A stretch of DNA of 64,000 bases. It comes from an uncultured bacterium. GTDB taxonomy: Bacteria > Acidobacteriota > Thermoanaerobaculia > Multivoradales > JAHZIX01. The notes beneath the pieces were generated by a model. It was given only the letters and a program-made list of their open reading frames with translations. It searched no databases and had not been told where the DNA came from. The stretch is taken from the NCBI GenBank assembly GCA_965368975.1, contig CBDUPA010000006.1:64001-128000 (forward strand), in the 5' to 3' direction. Every line of letters starts with the position of its first letter. Position 1 is the stretch's first letter. Positions 9,817-18,700 of this stretch are shown one piece after another. The translations under genes were made by a program, and so were the position numbers.

Positions 9817-10592
9817 GGTGCTCCCTCGCTGGAGTCCGCGGCGACGGCGGTGTCCGGGTCGGTGCCGCCTTCGGCAGCCCCATCCTGTGGGGCTGCCGCG
9901 AAGTCGCGCGAACCGAACTCGCTACCTTCAATGTGCCGATCGTCGACCAGCTCACCGCCGTTGAGCGTCAGCACGCGTTGCCCGACGCGCTGAATCAGGT
10001 CGCGATCATGGGTGGCCACTAGCAGGGTCGTGCCGCGACGGTTGATGTCGAGGAACAGGCGCAGGATCTGCTGCGACAACTCGGGGTCGAGATTGCCGGT
10101 CGGCTCGTCGGCGATCAGCAGGTCCGGCTGATTGATCAAGGCGCGCGCGATGGCGACGCGCTGCTGCTCACCGCCCGAGAGTTCCTGCGGATAAGCGTGC
10201 AGCCGATGCGCCAGGCGTACCTGCAGCAGCGCTTCTTCGGCCATCTCGCGCTGCTCGCGGGCGTCGTGACCGAGCAGCCGCGGCAGGAAGGCGACGTTCT
10301 CCAGCACCGTCTTGCGCCGGATCAGCCGGAAGTCCTGGAAGACGATGCCGAGCGTGCGGCGCAGGAACGGGATCTTCGCCGGCGGGATCGACGCGACGTT
10401 GCGGCCGTTGACCAGGATCTGGCCGTCCGACGGCACCTCTTCACGGAAGATCAGCTTGAGCAGCGTCGTCTTGCCGGCACCGCTCGGACCGGTCAGAAAC
10501 GTGAACTGTCCGCGCGGAATCTGGAACGACACGTCGTCGAGAGCACGCTGCCCGCCAGGATAGTTCTTGCAGACACGGAAGAATTGGATCAA
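9813..10592 (-). CDS. ftsE: Cell division ATP-binding protein FtsE
   Basis: GPSGAGKTT, IPFLRR..GIVFQDFRL, LSGGEQQR, ADEPTGNLD; probable TTG start at 10592. Confidence 0.92.
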   Translation of the reverse strand: MIQFFRVCKNYPGGQRALDDVSFQIPRGQFTFLTGPSGAGKTTLLKLIFREEVPSDGQILVNGRNVASIPPAKIPFLRRTLGIVFQDFRLIRRKTVLENVAFLPRLLGHDAREQREMAEEALLQVRLAHRLHAYPQELSGGEQQRVAIARALINQPDLLIADEPTGNLDPELSQQILRLFLDINRRGTTLLVATHDRDLIQRVGQRVLTLNGGELVDDRHIEGSEFGSRDFAAAPQDGAAEGGTDPDTAVAADSSEGAP

Positions 10593-10608
10593 GGCAGACT
10601 CCGAGCGC

Positions 10609-12162
10609 TCATGAGGGATCCTGGGTGTCGTCGGCGGGCAGCTCCTGCTGCAGCAAGCGTGCGACCGCCTTCGGATCGGCACGACCGGCCGAGCGCTGCA
10701 TCACCTTGCCGACGAAGAAGCCGAGCAGGGCCCTCTTGCCCGACGCGTAGGCTGCGACCTGCACGGGGTGTTCATCGACCACCGCTGCCATCCAAGTCCG
10801 CAGCTGCTGGTCGTCGCGCACCTGTCGCAGTCCCAGCCGATCGATCGCGTCCGACGGTGCTTCCTCGCTGCACCGGATCGCGTCGAACACCGCTTTGCCG
10901 GCGCCCACCGACAGCGTCCCGTCGGCGATATGTTCCACCAATTCGGCCAGGTGTCGAGGCGAGATCACGTCGTGTGGGGACGACCCGTCCATACTTCCAG
11001 CGTTCTGCGCCGCCGTGCTCGTCGATGCCTTGATCTCGCGCAGCACCTCGGTCCGGACCCAGTTCGCAACCGTCCGTGCCAGTTCCGGACGCGCGTGGTG
11101 GATGGCGTCGTCCACGTAGTCCGCGAGCTGCCGGCTGTGCGTGAGTGCGTGCGCCTCCTCGGGGTCCAGGCCCAGCGTTTCGATCAGCCGCTGGCGTCGC
11201 TGCCAGGGCAGCTCGGGAAGTTGCTTGCGACTTTGTTCGACGTAGCTGTCCCCGAGCTGGAGCGGTGGCAGGTCCGGATCCGGGAAGTAGCGATAGTCTT
11301 GACTGTCTTCCTTGTCGCGCATCACCCAGGTCTCCCCCAGCTCGGCATTCCAGCCTCTCGTTTCAGGCTGGACGGTACCACCCTGTAGCAGCATGGCTGT
11401 CTGCCGCTCGATCTCATACGCCAGGGCGCGTGCGACGTTGCGGAACGAGTTCAAGTTCTTGATCTCCACCCGCGTACCGAACGCGGCCTCGTAGCTCTCT
11501 TGCTCGGCAGGTTTGTCCGCAACCGGTCGCAAAGAGACGTTGGCGTCACAGCGCAGACCGCCCTCTTCCATATGAGCGTCGCCCACTTCTGTGTAGCGCA
11601 CCAACTGGTGCAGGGAGCGGAGATAGTCGGCAGCCTGCTCAGGCGTGCGCAGTTGCGGTTCCGACACGATCTCGGCCAGCGGCACACCGGCTCGGTTGAA
11701 GTCGACGCCACTCATCGCCTCGTCGCCGCTCGCGCCGTCCGCGGCCAGTGCGACGGCATGCACCAGCTTGCCCGCATCCTCTTCCAGGTGCAGCTGCTGG
11801 ATTCCGATCTCGAGCGCGTGTCGGGTCAAGGGTAGACGGCCTCCGGTAGCCAGGGGGTGGTCATACTGCGTGATCTGGTAGCCCTTCGGTAGGTCCGGAT
11901 AGAAGTAGCTCTTGCGGGCAAATTCGGACGTCGTGTGCACCGTGCACCCGAGTGCCAACGCCAGCCGCGTTCCCAACTCCACCGCGCGCCCGTTGAGCAC
12001 CGGCAACGCGCCCGGGTACCCCAGGCACACGGGGCACACCAGCGAATTCGGCGACGCGCCGTAGCGATTCGGGCAGCGGCAGAACATCTTGGTCTGGGTG
12101 CTCAGCTGAAGATGGACTTCCAGGCCGATGACCGTCTCGTAACGGCGTGCGTCCGCGGGCAT
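10609..12162 (-). CDS. gatB: Asp/Glu-tRNA amidotransferase subunit B
   Basis: YETVIGLEVH, CxC..CPVC, RKSYFYPDLPKGYQITQ, EEDAGK, RCDANVS, YRYFPDPDLPP, GFFVGKVM YqeY tail. Confidence 0.95.
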   Translation of the reverse strand: MPADARRYETVIGLEVHLQLSTQTKMFCRCPNRYGASPNSLVCPVCLGYPGALPVLNGRAVELGTRLALALGCTVHTTSEFARKSYFYPDLPKGYQITQYDHPLATGGRLPLTRHALEIGIQQLHLEEDAGKLVHAVALAADGASGDEAMSGVDFNRAGVPLAEIVSEPQLRTPEQAADYLRSLHQLVRYTEVGDAHMEEGGLRCDANVSLRPVADKPAEQESYEAAFGTRVEIKNLNSFRNVARALAYEIERQTAMLLQGGTVQPETRGWNAELGETWVMRDKEDSQDYRYFPDPDLPPLQLGDSYVEQSRKQLPELPWQRRQRLIETLGLDPEEAHALTHSRQLADYVDDAIHHARPELARTVANWVRTEVLREIKASTSTAAQNAGSMDGSSPHDVISPRHLAELVEHIADGTLSVGAGKAVFDAIRCSEEAPSDAIDRLGLRQVRDDQQLRTWMAAVVDEHPVQVAAYASGKRALLGFFVGKVMQRSAGRADPKAVARLLQQELPADDTQDPS

Positions 12163-12226
12163 AGGCTGCCCAGTTTAGCGCAACTAGCGCCACTGCTTAG
12201 AGCACGATCCGGGTTAGGGTAGGACC

Positions 12227-12733
12227 ATGATCCTGCAAACCATCGACGATTTCCTGCCCTACTACCAGCGCATCCGTCAGCGCACCCTACGCGTCGTGGC
12301 CTGCATTCCGCCCGAGCACATCGAGTGGACCTACCAGGAGGGCAAGTGGACCCTCGGTGACCTCCTGCGTCACATCGCGGCACTGGAGCGCTACATGTTC
12401 GCCGAGAACGTCCAGGGCAAGCCCAGCCTCTACGCTGGCTGCGGCCGTGATCTCGCTGACGGCTACGATGCCGTCGTCGCCTTCCTGGAGCGCTGTCACG
12501 CTGAGACTCTAGAAATCCTCGGCCGTCTGAGTCCAGAAGACCTACAGCGCAAGTGCCACACCCCCGCCGGTACCCCGATCACCACCTGGAAATGGCTGCG
12601 CGGCCTGATCGAGCACGAAATCCACCACCGCGGGCAGATCTACCTCTACCTGGTCATGCTCGGCGTCGAGACGCCACCGCTCTATGGACTCACCGCGGAA
12701 GACGTGCAAGAACGCAGCGTGCACGGAGACTGA
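12227..12733 (+). CDS. DinB family protein
   Basis: LLRHIA and EHEIHHRGQ His triad. Confidence 0.9.
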   Translation: MILQTIDDFLPYYQRIRQRTLRVVACIPPEHIEWTYQEGKWTLGDLLRHIAALERYMFAENVQGKPSLYAGCGRDLADGYDAVVAFLERCHAETLEILGRLSPEDLQRKCHTPAGTPITTWKWLRGLIEHEIHHRGQIYLYLVMLGVETPPLYGLTAEDVQERSVHGD

Positions 12734-12796
12734 GTCCGGGTCGGTAGAGCCGGAAGAGCGGGCAAGCCTAGCTGTGGATTTGGCGAAGCTGGAAGG

Positions 12797-12870
12797 TGGT
12801 TGGGACGCAGGGATTCGAACCCCGATTCTGCGGTCCAGAGCCGCATGTCCTACCATTGAACGACGTCCCA
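12797..12870 (-). tRNA. tRNA-Gln (anticodon CTG), CCA encoded
   Basis: Reverse complement TGGGACG..GTTCAATGGTAGGAC.TGCGG-CTCTGGA-CCGCA..GGTTCGAATCC..CGTCCCAACCA folds as a cloverleaf. Confidence 0.97.
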
Positions 12871-12882
12871 ATGGGGACCGGT

Positions 12883-12912
12883 ATTGTAATCAGAGGTCCG
12901 GAAGGGCGTCAA
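12883..12912 (-). promoter_or_regulatory. Sigma70-type promoter of tRNA-Gln
   Basis: TTGACG-N18-TACAAT on the minus strand, -10 ending 12 nt before the tRNA 5' end. Confidence 0.7.
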
Positions 12913-13034
12913 GCCCGGTAGGGCCGGTAGGGATCGATACCTGAGTGCGAACAGTGATGTCAGCCTCTGTCTAGAATCTACAATTGATTGGCTGCAGGCG
13001 AGTTGTCTTCAGCTAAAGATTCAAGGGGTTCGAC

Positions 13035-13791
13035 ATGTTCTCAGTGAGGTGGATTCTCCTCGCCAGCTTCCTGTTCGCAGGGTCATCTCAGGCTTCGTCT
13101 TCAGATCCTCAGGCGGAGGTCTGGACAAGCACGCTTCAGGAGCTTGATCGCGCAATGGACCGCGATGCCAGCCCCGGCGAGGTGATCTGGCTTCCTGTGT
13201 CTAGCTTGGAAACCTTCCTGAACCTGTTTCCAGAGGCGCTTGCCATGCTTGGAGTTCAGGAAGTCGAACAGACTCGCTACGAATTTGCGGTGTCGAACCA
13301 TCTCCGAACTCCGCAGCTCGAGTCAGAGGGGCATGTTGACTGTTGCGCTGCACGAACTTGGGCATGCTCTCGGACTTGATGAAGATTGCTGTTCGGAAAC
13401 AGGAGAGCAGGGCTATCGATCCATCATGACAGCCCCGATAAGACCAGGATCGTCCCCTCCTTACTCGGTCCGGAATTATCATTGTCAAGCGATCGAAGAG
13501 GCCAACCGCTGCGATGATAACGATCAGTCCTGCTGCCTCTACTGCCTACCTCCGGTCCGAGACAAGTGCGAGATCGCCCCGGATAATGCCTCGCTGGCCG
13601 TGCAGTGGTCGGGGGCGGTGCCGGTACCGCTGGCCGCGGATACCTGGCACGAGATCGATGTTACGGGCGCAATCACCGGCAACGGCATCTATACGCTGGG
13701 GCTGGCAACGGTCGCGGACCAGGGGAATCTCGACTTCTGGAGCCGAGAGTCGATCTATTCGCCGGTGCTGGAAATCACCTTCCAGCCGTAG
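13035..13791 (+). pseudogene. Fragmented secreted metzincin-like/DNRLRE-like mosaic gene (two frames)
   Basis: 13035-13379 has a signal-peptide-like start; second frame (ATG 13333) has HELGHALGLDE, a SIM Met-turn and a W.E.DVT..I.GNG...SRES...P.L.I C-terminal tail; lower GC. Confidence 0.5.
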
Positions 13792-14497
13792 CGCCCGCAT
13801 TCTTACTGAGTACCAGCGAGAAGCGGAACGGAAATCGCCTCCGCAGCTCGACGACGGGTAGGCCTTCACAGACCGCGCGCACTTGCTCCAGGCTCCAGGC
13901 CTGCCGAGCCGAGACGATACCGTCGTGGTACGCGACGCTGCCCGTACCCAGCAGGCGCAGTCCTGGACGGATGAGCAGGCGCAGCCAGGGGCTCTGCTCC
14001 AGGTCGACGACGACGACTCCGTGCCGTGACACGCGCAGCATTTCTGCCAGAATTTGCCGATTGGTGGCGGCGTCGAAGTGGTGGAAGAAGAGGGTGGAGA
14101 AGGACCAGTCGACGGCGTCGTCGATGAAGGGGAGGCGGTCCGCTGGGGCGCAGAGGTTGTGCAGGGTGGTGCTCACCTCCGGCGGCTGCAGGGTGAGGTG
14201 CCGCAGTTTGAGGTCGACGCCGTAGAGCTGCAGATCGAGGCCGCGACGCTGAGCGGACTGCCGCAGGACGTGAGCGACGTCACCGCTGCCCGTGCCGATG
14301 TCCAGGACGCGGATCGGCTCTCTGGGCTCGACTCTGAGTCGAGCCGAGGCTTCCAGCCGGGGCAGCAGGGTGCCCAGCAGCGGACGGTAGCCGAGCAGCA
14401 CGCGGTTGGCGCGGCGCAGGTCGTCTAGCGCGCGGGCGGTTGTCGCGAGGTCGAGGGTGTCACCGTCGAGCAGTTCCGAAGTCGGTGGTGCGGGCAT
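13775..14497 (-). CDS. Class I SAM-dependent methyltransferase
   Basis: VLDIGTGSGD, STLFFHHF, VVVDL, HDG..S; probable ATG 14497. Confidence 0.85.
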   Translation of the reverse strand: MPAPPTSELLDGDTLDLATTARALDDLRRANRVLLGYRPLLGTLLPRLEASARLRVEPREPIRVLDIGTGSGDVAHVLRQSAQRRGLDLQLYGVDLKLRHLTLQPPEVSTTLHNLCAPADRLPFIDDAVDWSFSTLFFHHFDAATNRQILAEMLRVSRHGVVVVDLEQSPWLRLLIRPGLRLLGTGSVAYHDGIVSARQAWSLEQVRAVCEGLPVVELRRRFPFRFSLVLSKNAGATAGR

Positions 14498-14616
14498 TGA
14501 GTGGCATAATAGCGGCAGAGATCCTCGCTGTGACGACCCAACAAGATCCTCTTCCTCCGCGCCCTGGACTGGTCCGCCGACGGTATGCACCGTTGGTGTC
14601 GAATCGCTCGTCGGGA

Positions 14617-16341
14617 ATGGTTCTGGCATCCGTGGCGCCAATCGCTGCCGCAGCGCTGGCGCTGGTACTGGCGCCGCACTGGAATCTGCTGGCGCCGCAG
14701 GGTCTCCTGCCGGCACCCGCCATGATGCTGGCGCTGTGCCTGGTAGCCATGGTGTGCATGCTGCATCGACCGTTCGACAGCGGCACGCTGGGGGTTGGGG
14801 CGGTGGTGGTGGCGCCGGTGGTGGTCGAGTTGGGGATCCTGCCGGCGACGCTCGTGGCGGTCGGGGCCTACCTCCTGGTGGAGATGCTGCGTCGCCTGCT
14901 GCGCCGCTACTCGCCGATCCCCTTGCTGGAGCGTCGGCGTTTCCTGCGCTCGCTGGAGAGCGGTTCCTTGCTGGTGTTGGCTCTGCTCGGCGGTGGTGTG
15001 TTGGGGCGGGCGACGGCCGGCTGGTTCGGCGACGCGCTGCCCGGCGTCTCGCAGTTGCTGGCGACCGGGATTGGCTACGCGGTGTTGGTGGCGTTGCTCA
15101 GCTTGCTGGACAAAAAGGTGCGACGTCCCCACTTGCCCCTGCCGTGGACGCAGGCGCTGCCTCCGCTGGCGACCGATCTGATCGCCTGGATGATCGGCTT
15201 GCCGGTCCTGCTGGTGGTGCAGGCGCAGGGCTGGGGTGTCGCCGGCGCCTTGCTCATCGGCTTTGCGCTGCTGGCGCTCGACTCGGCACGCAATGCGTTG
15301 CGCCACGGGGTGACGGCGCAGCGGGTGGGCAACCTGGAGCGGCTCAGCCGGGCGACGCGGCGTCTGGGTAGCGAAGAAGCGGAGATGACCGAGGTCGCCG
15401 AGCGCATCCGCATCGAGTGCCAGAACGTGATGCCGTTCCACTGGTTCCAATTCGAGCTGCTGGCGCCCGAGATTCCCTACCACACGTGGTGGACTGGACC
15501 GGACCGCGTGCTGCGCGAAGGGCGGCCCGATCCGCCGCCGCATCCACCGGCGTTGCCGGGCATTCACCGCCGTACCGGCTGGCGCGAGGAAGAGCGCGTC
15601 CTCGAGACCGAGACGGAGCTGCTGGGACGTTTGCGCCTGTGGTGCGATCCGCGGCAGACCGACGACGGCTCGGCCGAGCTGCTCGACGGCCTTCTGCCGC
15701 AGATGAAGGCGTCGGTGCGCCGGCTCTTGCTCGATCGCCAGGCGAAGGTCGATCCGCTCACGGGCCTGGCTCTGCGTCGCGTACTCAACGACAAGCTGGA
15801 TCAGATCTACGCTCTGACGCGCCAGGAAGGTGGCTTCATGTCGGTCGTGATGTGCGATCTCGACCACTTCAAGAAGGTCAACGACACCTACGGTCATGCC
15901 GTGGGTGATCAGGCCTTGGAGTTGGCGGCCGAGGTGCTGCGCGAAGTGCAGCGACCGATGGACCTGGCGGCGCGCTATGGCGGTGAGGAGTTCACGTTGC
16001 TCTTGCCGGGAACCGACAGCCAGGGCGCACAAGCGTTGGCGGAGGAGGTGCGGCGCAAGATCGAAGCTACGCGACTGATGGCCGAAGGGGAGCACGTAGC
16101 GCTGACCATGAGCCTGGGTATCGCCTCGTTCCCGGAGATCACGGTGCACGCTGGCTCGGAGTTGGTAGAGCTGGCAGACGAGGCGCTCTACGAGGCCAAG
16201 CGTCATGGGCGCAACCGATCACTGACCTACCTAGGGGGGCAGAGCTTCCGCGCCGCCGACGGGCATACCGTCGGGGCCGCGGGGGAGGGGACTCCCAAGA
16301 GCACGTCGAGCCAGACCAAGGCACCGCGACTCTTCGCTTAG
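14617..16341 (+). CDS. Membrane-bound diguanylate cyclase (GGDEF)
   Basis: Multi-TM N-terminus, DPLTGL, DLDHFKKVNDTYGH, RxxD I-site RPMD, YGGEEF; start uncertain. Confidence 0.92.
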   Translation: MVLASVAPIAAAALALVLAPHWNLLAPQGLLPAPAMMLALCLVAMVCMLHRPFDSGTLGVGAVVVAPVVVELGILPATLVAVGAYLLVEMLRRLLRRYSPIPLLERRRFLRSLESGSLLVLALLGGGVLGRATAGWFGDALPGVSQLLATGIGYAVLVALLSLLDKKVRRPHLPLPWTQALPPLATDLIAWMIGLPVLLVVQAQGWGVAGALLIGFALLALDSARNALRHGVTAQRVGNLERLSRATRRLGSEEAEMTEVAERIRIECQNVMPFHWFQFELLAPEIPYHTWWTGPDRVLREGRPDPPPHPPALPGIHRRTGWREEERVLETETELLGRLRLWCDPRQTDDGSAELLDGLLPQMKASVRRLLLDRQAKVDPLTGLALRRVLNDKLDQIYALTRQEGGFMSVVMCDLDHFKKVNDTYGHAVGDQALELAAEVLREVQRPMDLAARYGGEEFTLLLPGTDSQGAQALAEEVRRKIEATRLMAEGEHVALTMSLGIASFPEITVHAGSELVELADEALYEAKRHGRNRSLTYLGGQSFRAADGHTVGAAGEGTPKSTSSQTKAPRLFA

Positions 16342-16440
16342 CTGGTCGAGGGCTCGACGGACCCTGGTTTCGGCGATCAAAGGTGGTTGGATGGCGTGGT
16401 GGGACTTCTAGAGTCCCGGCTCGGGTGAGATACTGCGAGT

Positions 16441-18120
16441 ATGGCCGATCGGTTGTTGCGCTCTGTGTGTTCACTCGTCTTGCTTGCCGCTGTTGGACTG
16501 CTGCTCGGCCAGCTCGCTGGTTGTGCCGCGAAGCCGGATTCCGGGTCGGACACCACGCCTCCGGTGCGCCATCCCTGGTTGGTCGTCGGTATCGACGGTG
16601 CCGAATGGCGTATCATTCGCCAGCTGTGGGAGCAGGGCGAGCTACCCCATCTCAAGGCGCTGGCCGAGCGTGGTCTGACGACCGACCTGCGCACGAACTA
16701 CGGGGCTTCGCCGGTCATCTGGACCACCATCGCCACCGGCATGACGCCGGATGTCCATGGCATCACGGACTTCGTCGTGGCGACCGAGCACGGGGACATA
16801 CCCGTGTCGTCCGGTGTGCGCCGCGTGCCGGCGATCTGGAACATGGCGTCCTACGCTGACCGGCGCGTGGCGGTGCTGGGTTGGTGGGCGTCGTGGCCGG
16901 CCGAGCCGGTCGACGGCCTGGTGGTGTCGGACCGCCTGGCGCGCGAACGACTCGACGAGCGGGTCTATCCACCTGAGGCGCTGCCGCGCGTCAGCGCGCT
17001 GCTCCAGGAAGCGCGCGCCGAAGGCGAGGAGAACCCCTTCTTCGGCAACGACATCAGCCGACTCCACGACCGCGTGACGGCGCGTCTGGCCGTCGAGTTG
17101 GTCGCCGGCTTGGCTGGCGACAATGGGCACGAAACGAAACGCGAGAGCGGCTATGACCTCGTGCTCGCCTACTTTCGCGGCGTCGATATCGTCAGCCACG
17201 GTACCTGGAAGTACTTTCGCCCGGGAGCCTTTCCGGATCAGGACCTGACGGGCACGGCGCCGGAGCTGGCACGGCGGATTCCCGCCGAGTACGCGGCGAT
17301 CGACGCGGCGTTGGGTGAGCTAGTGCGAACGGCCGGGGATCGTTGGAACATCCTGGTGATTTCAGACCACGGCTTCCATGCCGCGCGGCCCGAGATCGTT
17401 CGCGCGTTCGTCGATTTCGACCGTGTCCTCGAGCGGTTGGGGTACCTGCAGCGCCGTACCGACGGTAGCGTCGACTTCGAACGGAGCGCGGTCTACACCC
17501 ACGCATCGCCGGATTTCCGCCCACACAAGAACCTGCGCTTTGGTGACGCTGTGCAGCAACCGGAGCAGCTCATCACGCGCTTGCAGAAGGACCTGGAGCG
17601 CATCACTTGGAGCAATGGTGCCCCGGCTTTGCAGCCGCGGCCGGCCGGGCCGGGAGAAGCGGAAGCCGGGGTCGACCTGGTCGTCGAGGTGCAGTTGCGG
17701 GACTTGCTCGAGCCGCTGCTCCTGGATGGAGCGGCGGCGCCGATGGCCGGGGTGCTGAAGCAGCTCAGCCGCATCTCCGGGACTCATGGCCAGCACACGC
17801 ATGGCATTCTGCTGGCCGCGGGGCCGGACATCGCCGCGGGTCCGGGTAGCGCGGGAGGCACGGTCCCGGAGCGGATCCGGATCCATGACATCACGCCGAC
17901 GCTGCTCTATGGCCTTGGGCTGCCGGTGGCTGAGAATTTCGCTGGCACCGCGCGCACGGAGTTGTTCTCGGAGAGCTTCCGCCGTCGTTCACCCTTGCGC
18001 ACCGTGCCCGCCTGGGAGTTGCCTGCCGGGGAGTCGTCAGACGGGGCTGCAAGCGGTGCCCAAGCGTCCCCGGTGGATGCGGAGCTGGAGCGCGAGCTGC
18101 GTGCCCTCGGCTACCTGTAA
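16441..18120 (+). CDS. Alkaline phosphatase superfamily (type I phosphodiesterase/NPP-like), probable lipoprotein
   Basis: LAGC lipobox-like, GIDGA, SPVIWTTIATG, SDHGF, C-terminal LRALGYL. Confidence 0.85.
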   Translation: MADRLLRSVCSLVLLAAVGLLLGQLAGCAAKPDSGSDTTPPVRHPWLVVGIDGAEWRIIRQLWEQGELPHLKALAERGLTTDLRTNYGASPVIWTTIATGMTPDVHGITDFVVATEHGDIPVSSGVRRVPAIWNMASYADRRVAVLGWWASWPAEPVDGLVVSDRLARERLDERVYPPEALPRVSALLQEARAEGEENPFFGNDISRLHDRVTARLAVELVAGLAGDNGHETKRESGYDLVLAYFRGVDIVSHGTWKYFRPGAFPDQDLTGTAPELARRIPAEYAAIDAALGELVRTAGDRWNILVISDHGFHAARPEIVRAFVDFDRVLERLGYLQRRTDGSVDFERSAVYTHASPDFRPHKNLRFGDAVQQPEQLITRLQKDLERITWSNGAPALQPRPAGPGEAEAGVDLVVEVQLRDLLEPLLLDGAAAPMAGVLKQLSRISGTHGQHTHGILLAAGPDIAAGPGSAGGTVPERIRIHDITPTLLYGLGLPVAENFAGTARTELFSESFRRRSPLRTVPAWELPAGESSDGAASGAQASPVDAELERELRALGYL

Positions 18121-18189
18121 GGCCCCTGAGGCTGCCGCGCCGTAGCCGCCGTTGCCCTATTCATGACCTATAAGATAACCTTTATCGTC

Positions 18190-18687
18190 ATGAGCGACTG
18201 CAACCTTCAGATCCGTTCTGCCCGAGATGAGGATGCGCCGGTGTTGACTCGCATAGCTCAGGCTGCCAAGCAGCACTGGGGTTACCCGGAAGAATGGATG
18301 CAACTGTGGCGCGACGATCTGACCTTGACCCCCGAGGTTCTAGCTGAGCAGACCGTCTACTGCGCCTGGGACAACAGCATCGTGGGCTTTTATGCGCTCA
18401 GCACGGCCCCCTTGGCGACCTCGTTAGATGCAGGTGTTCCTGTGACGACCGAGGTCGAGCTGGAGCACATGTGGGTAGATCCTGCGCACATCGGCCGCGG
18501 TCTGGGCCGGCGTCTGCTGGAGCACGCGCGCGAGCAGGCTCGCCGTCGTGGCGCGCACGCCCTACGCATTGTCTCGGACCCCCACGCCGAGGGGTTCTAC
18601 CGCAAGGCGGGGGCGCAGCCGGTAGGGCAGGTGGCGTCGGTGCCGCCGGGACGGTTCTTGCCGGTGATGCGTCTACCACTGGTGTGA
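18190..18687 (+). CDS. GNAT family N-acetyltransferase
   Basis: AK.HWGYP..W motif, V.P.HIGRGLGRRLL, SDPHAEGFYRK.GA. Confidence 0.9.
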   Translation: MSDCNLQIRSARDEDAPVLTRIAQAAKQHWGYPEEWMQLWRDDLTLTPEVLAEQTVYCAWDNSIVGFYALSTAPLATSLDAGVPVTTEVELEHMWVDPAHIGRGLGRRLLEHAREQARRRGAHALRIVSDPHAEGFYRKAGAQPVGQVASVPPGRFLPVMRLPLV

Positions 18688-18700
18688 ATCAGGGCGGCAG

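Noticed and set aside
12734-13800. tRNA-anchored integrative element
   Set aside because: No integrase and no duplicated tRNA 3' end seen; the atypical DNA is on the tRNA 5' side
14425-16206. Long antisense ORFs (also 867-2165, 40682-42325, 42012-43637, 44312-45769, 45794-47461 and others)
   Set aside because: Shadow frames of well-supported genes, expected in high-GC DNA; no recognisable motifs
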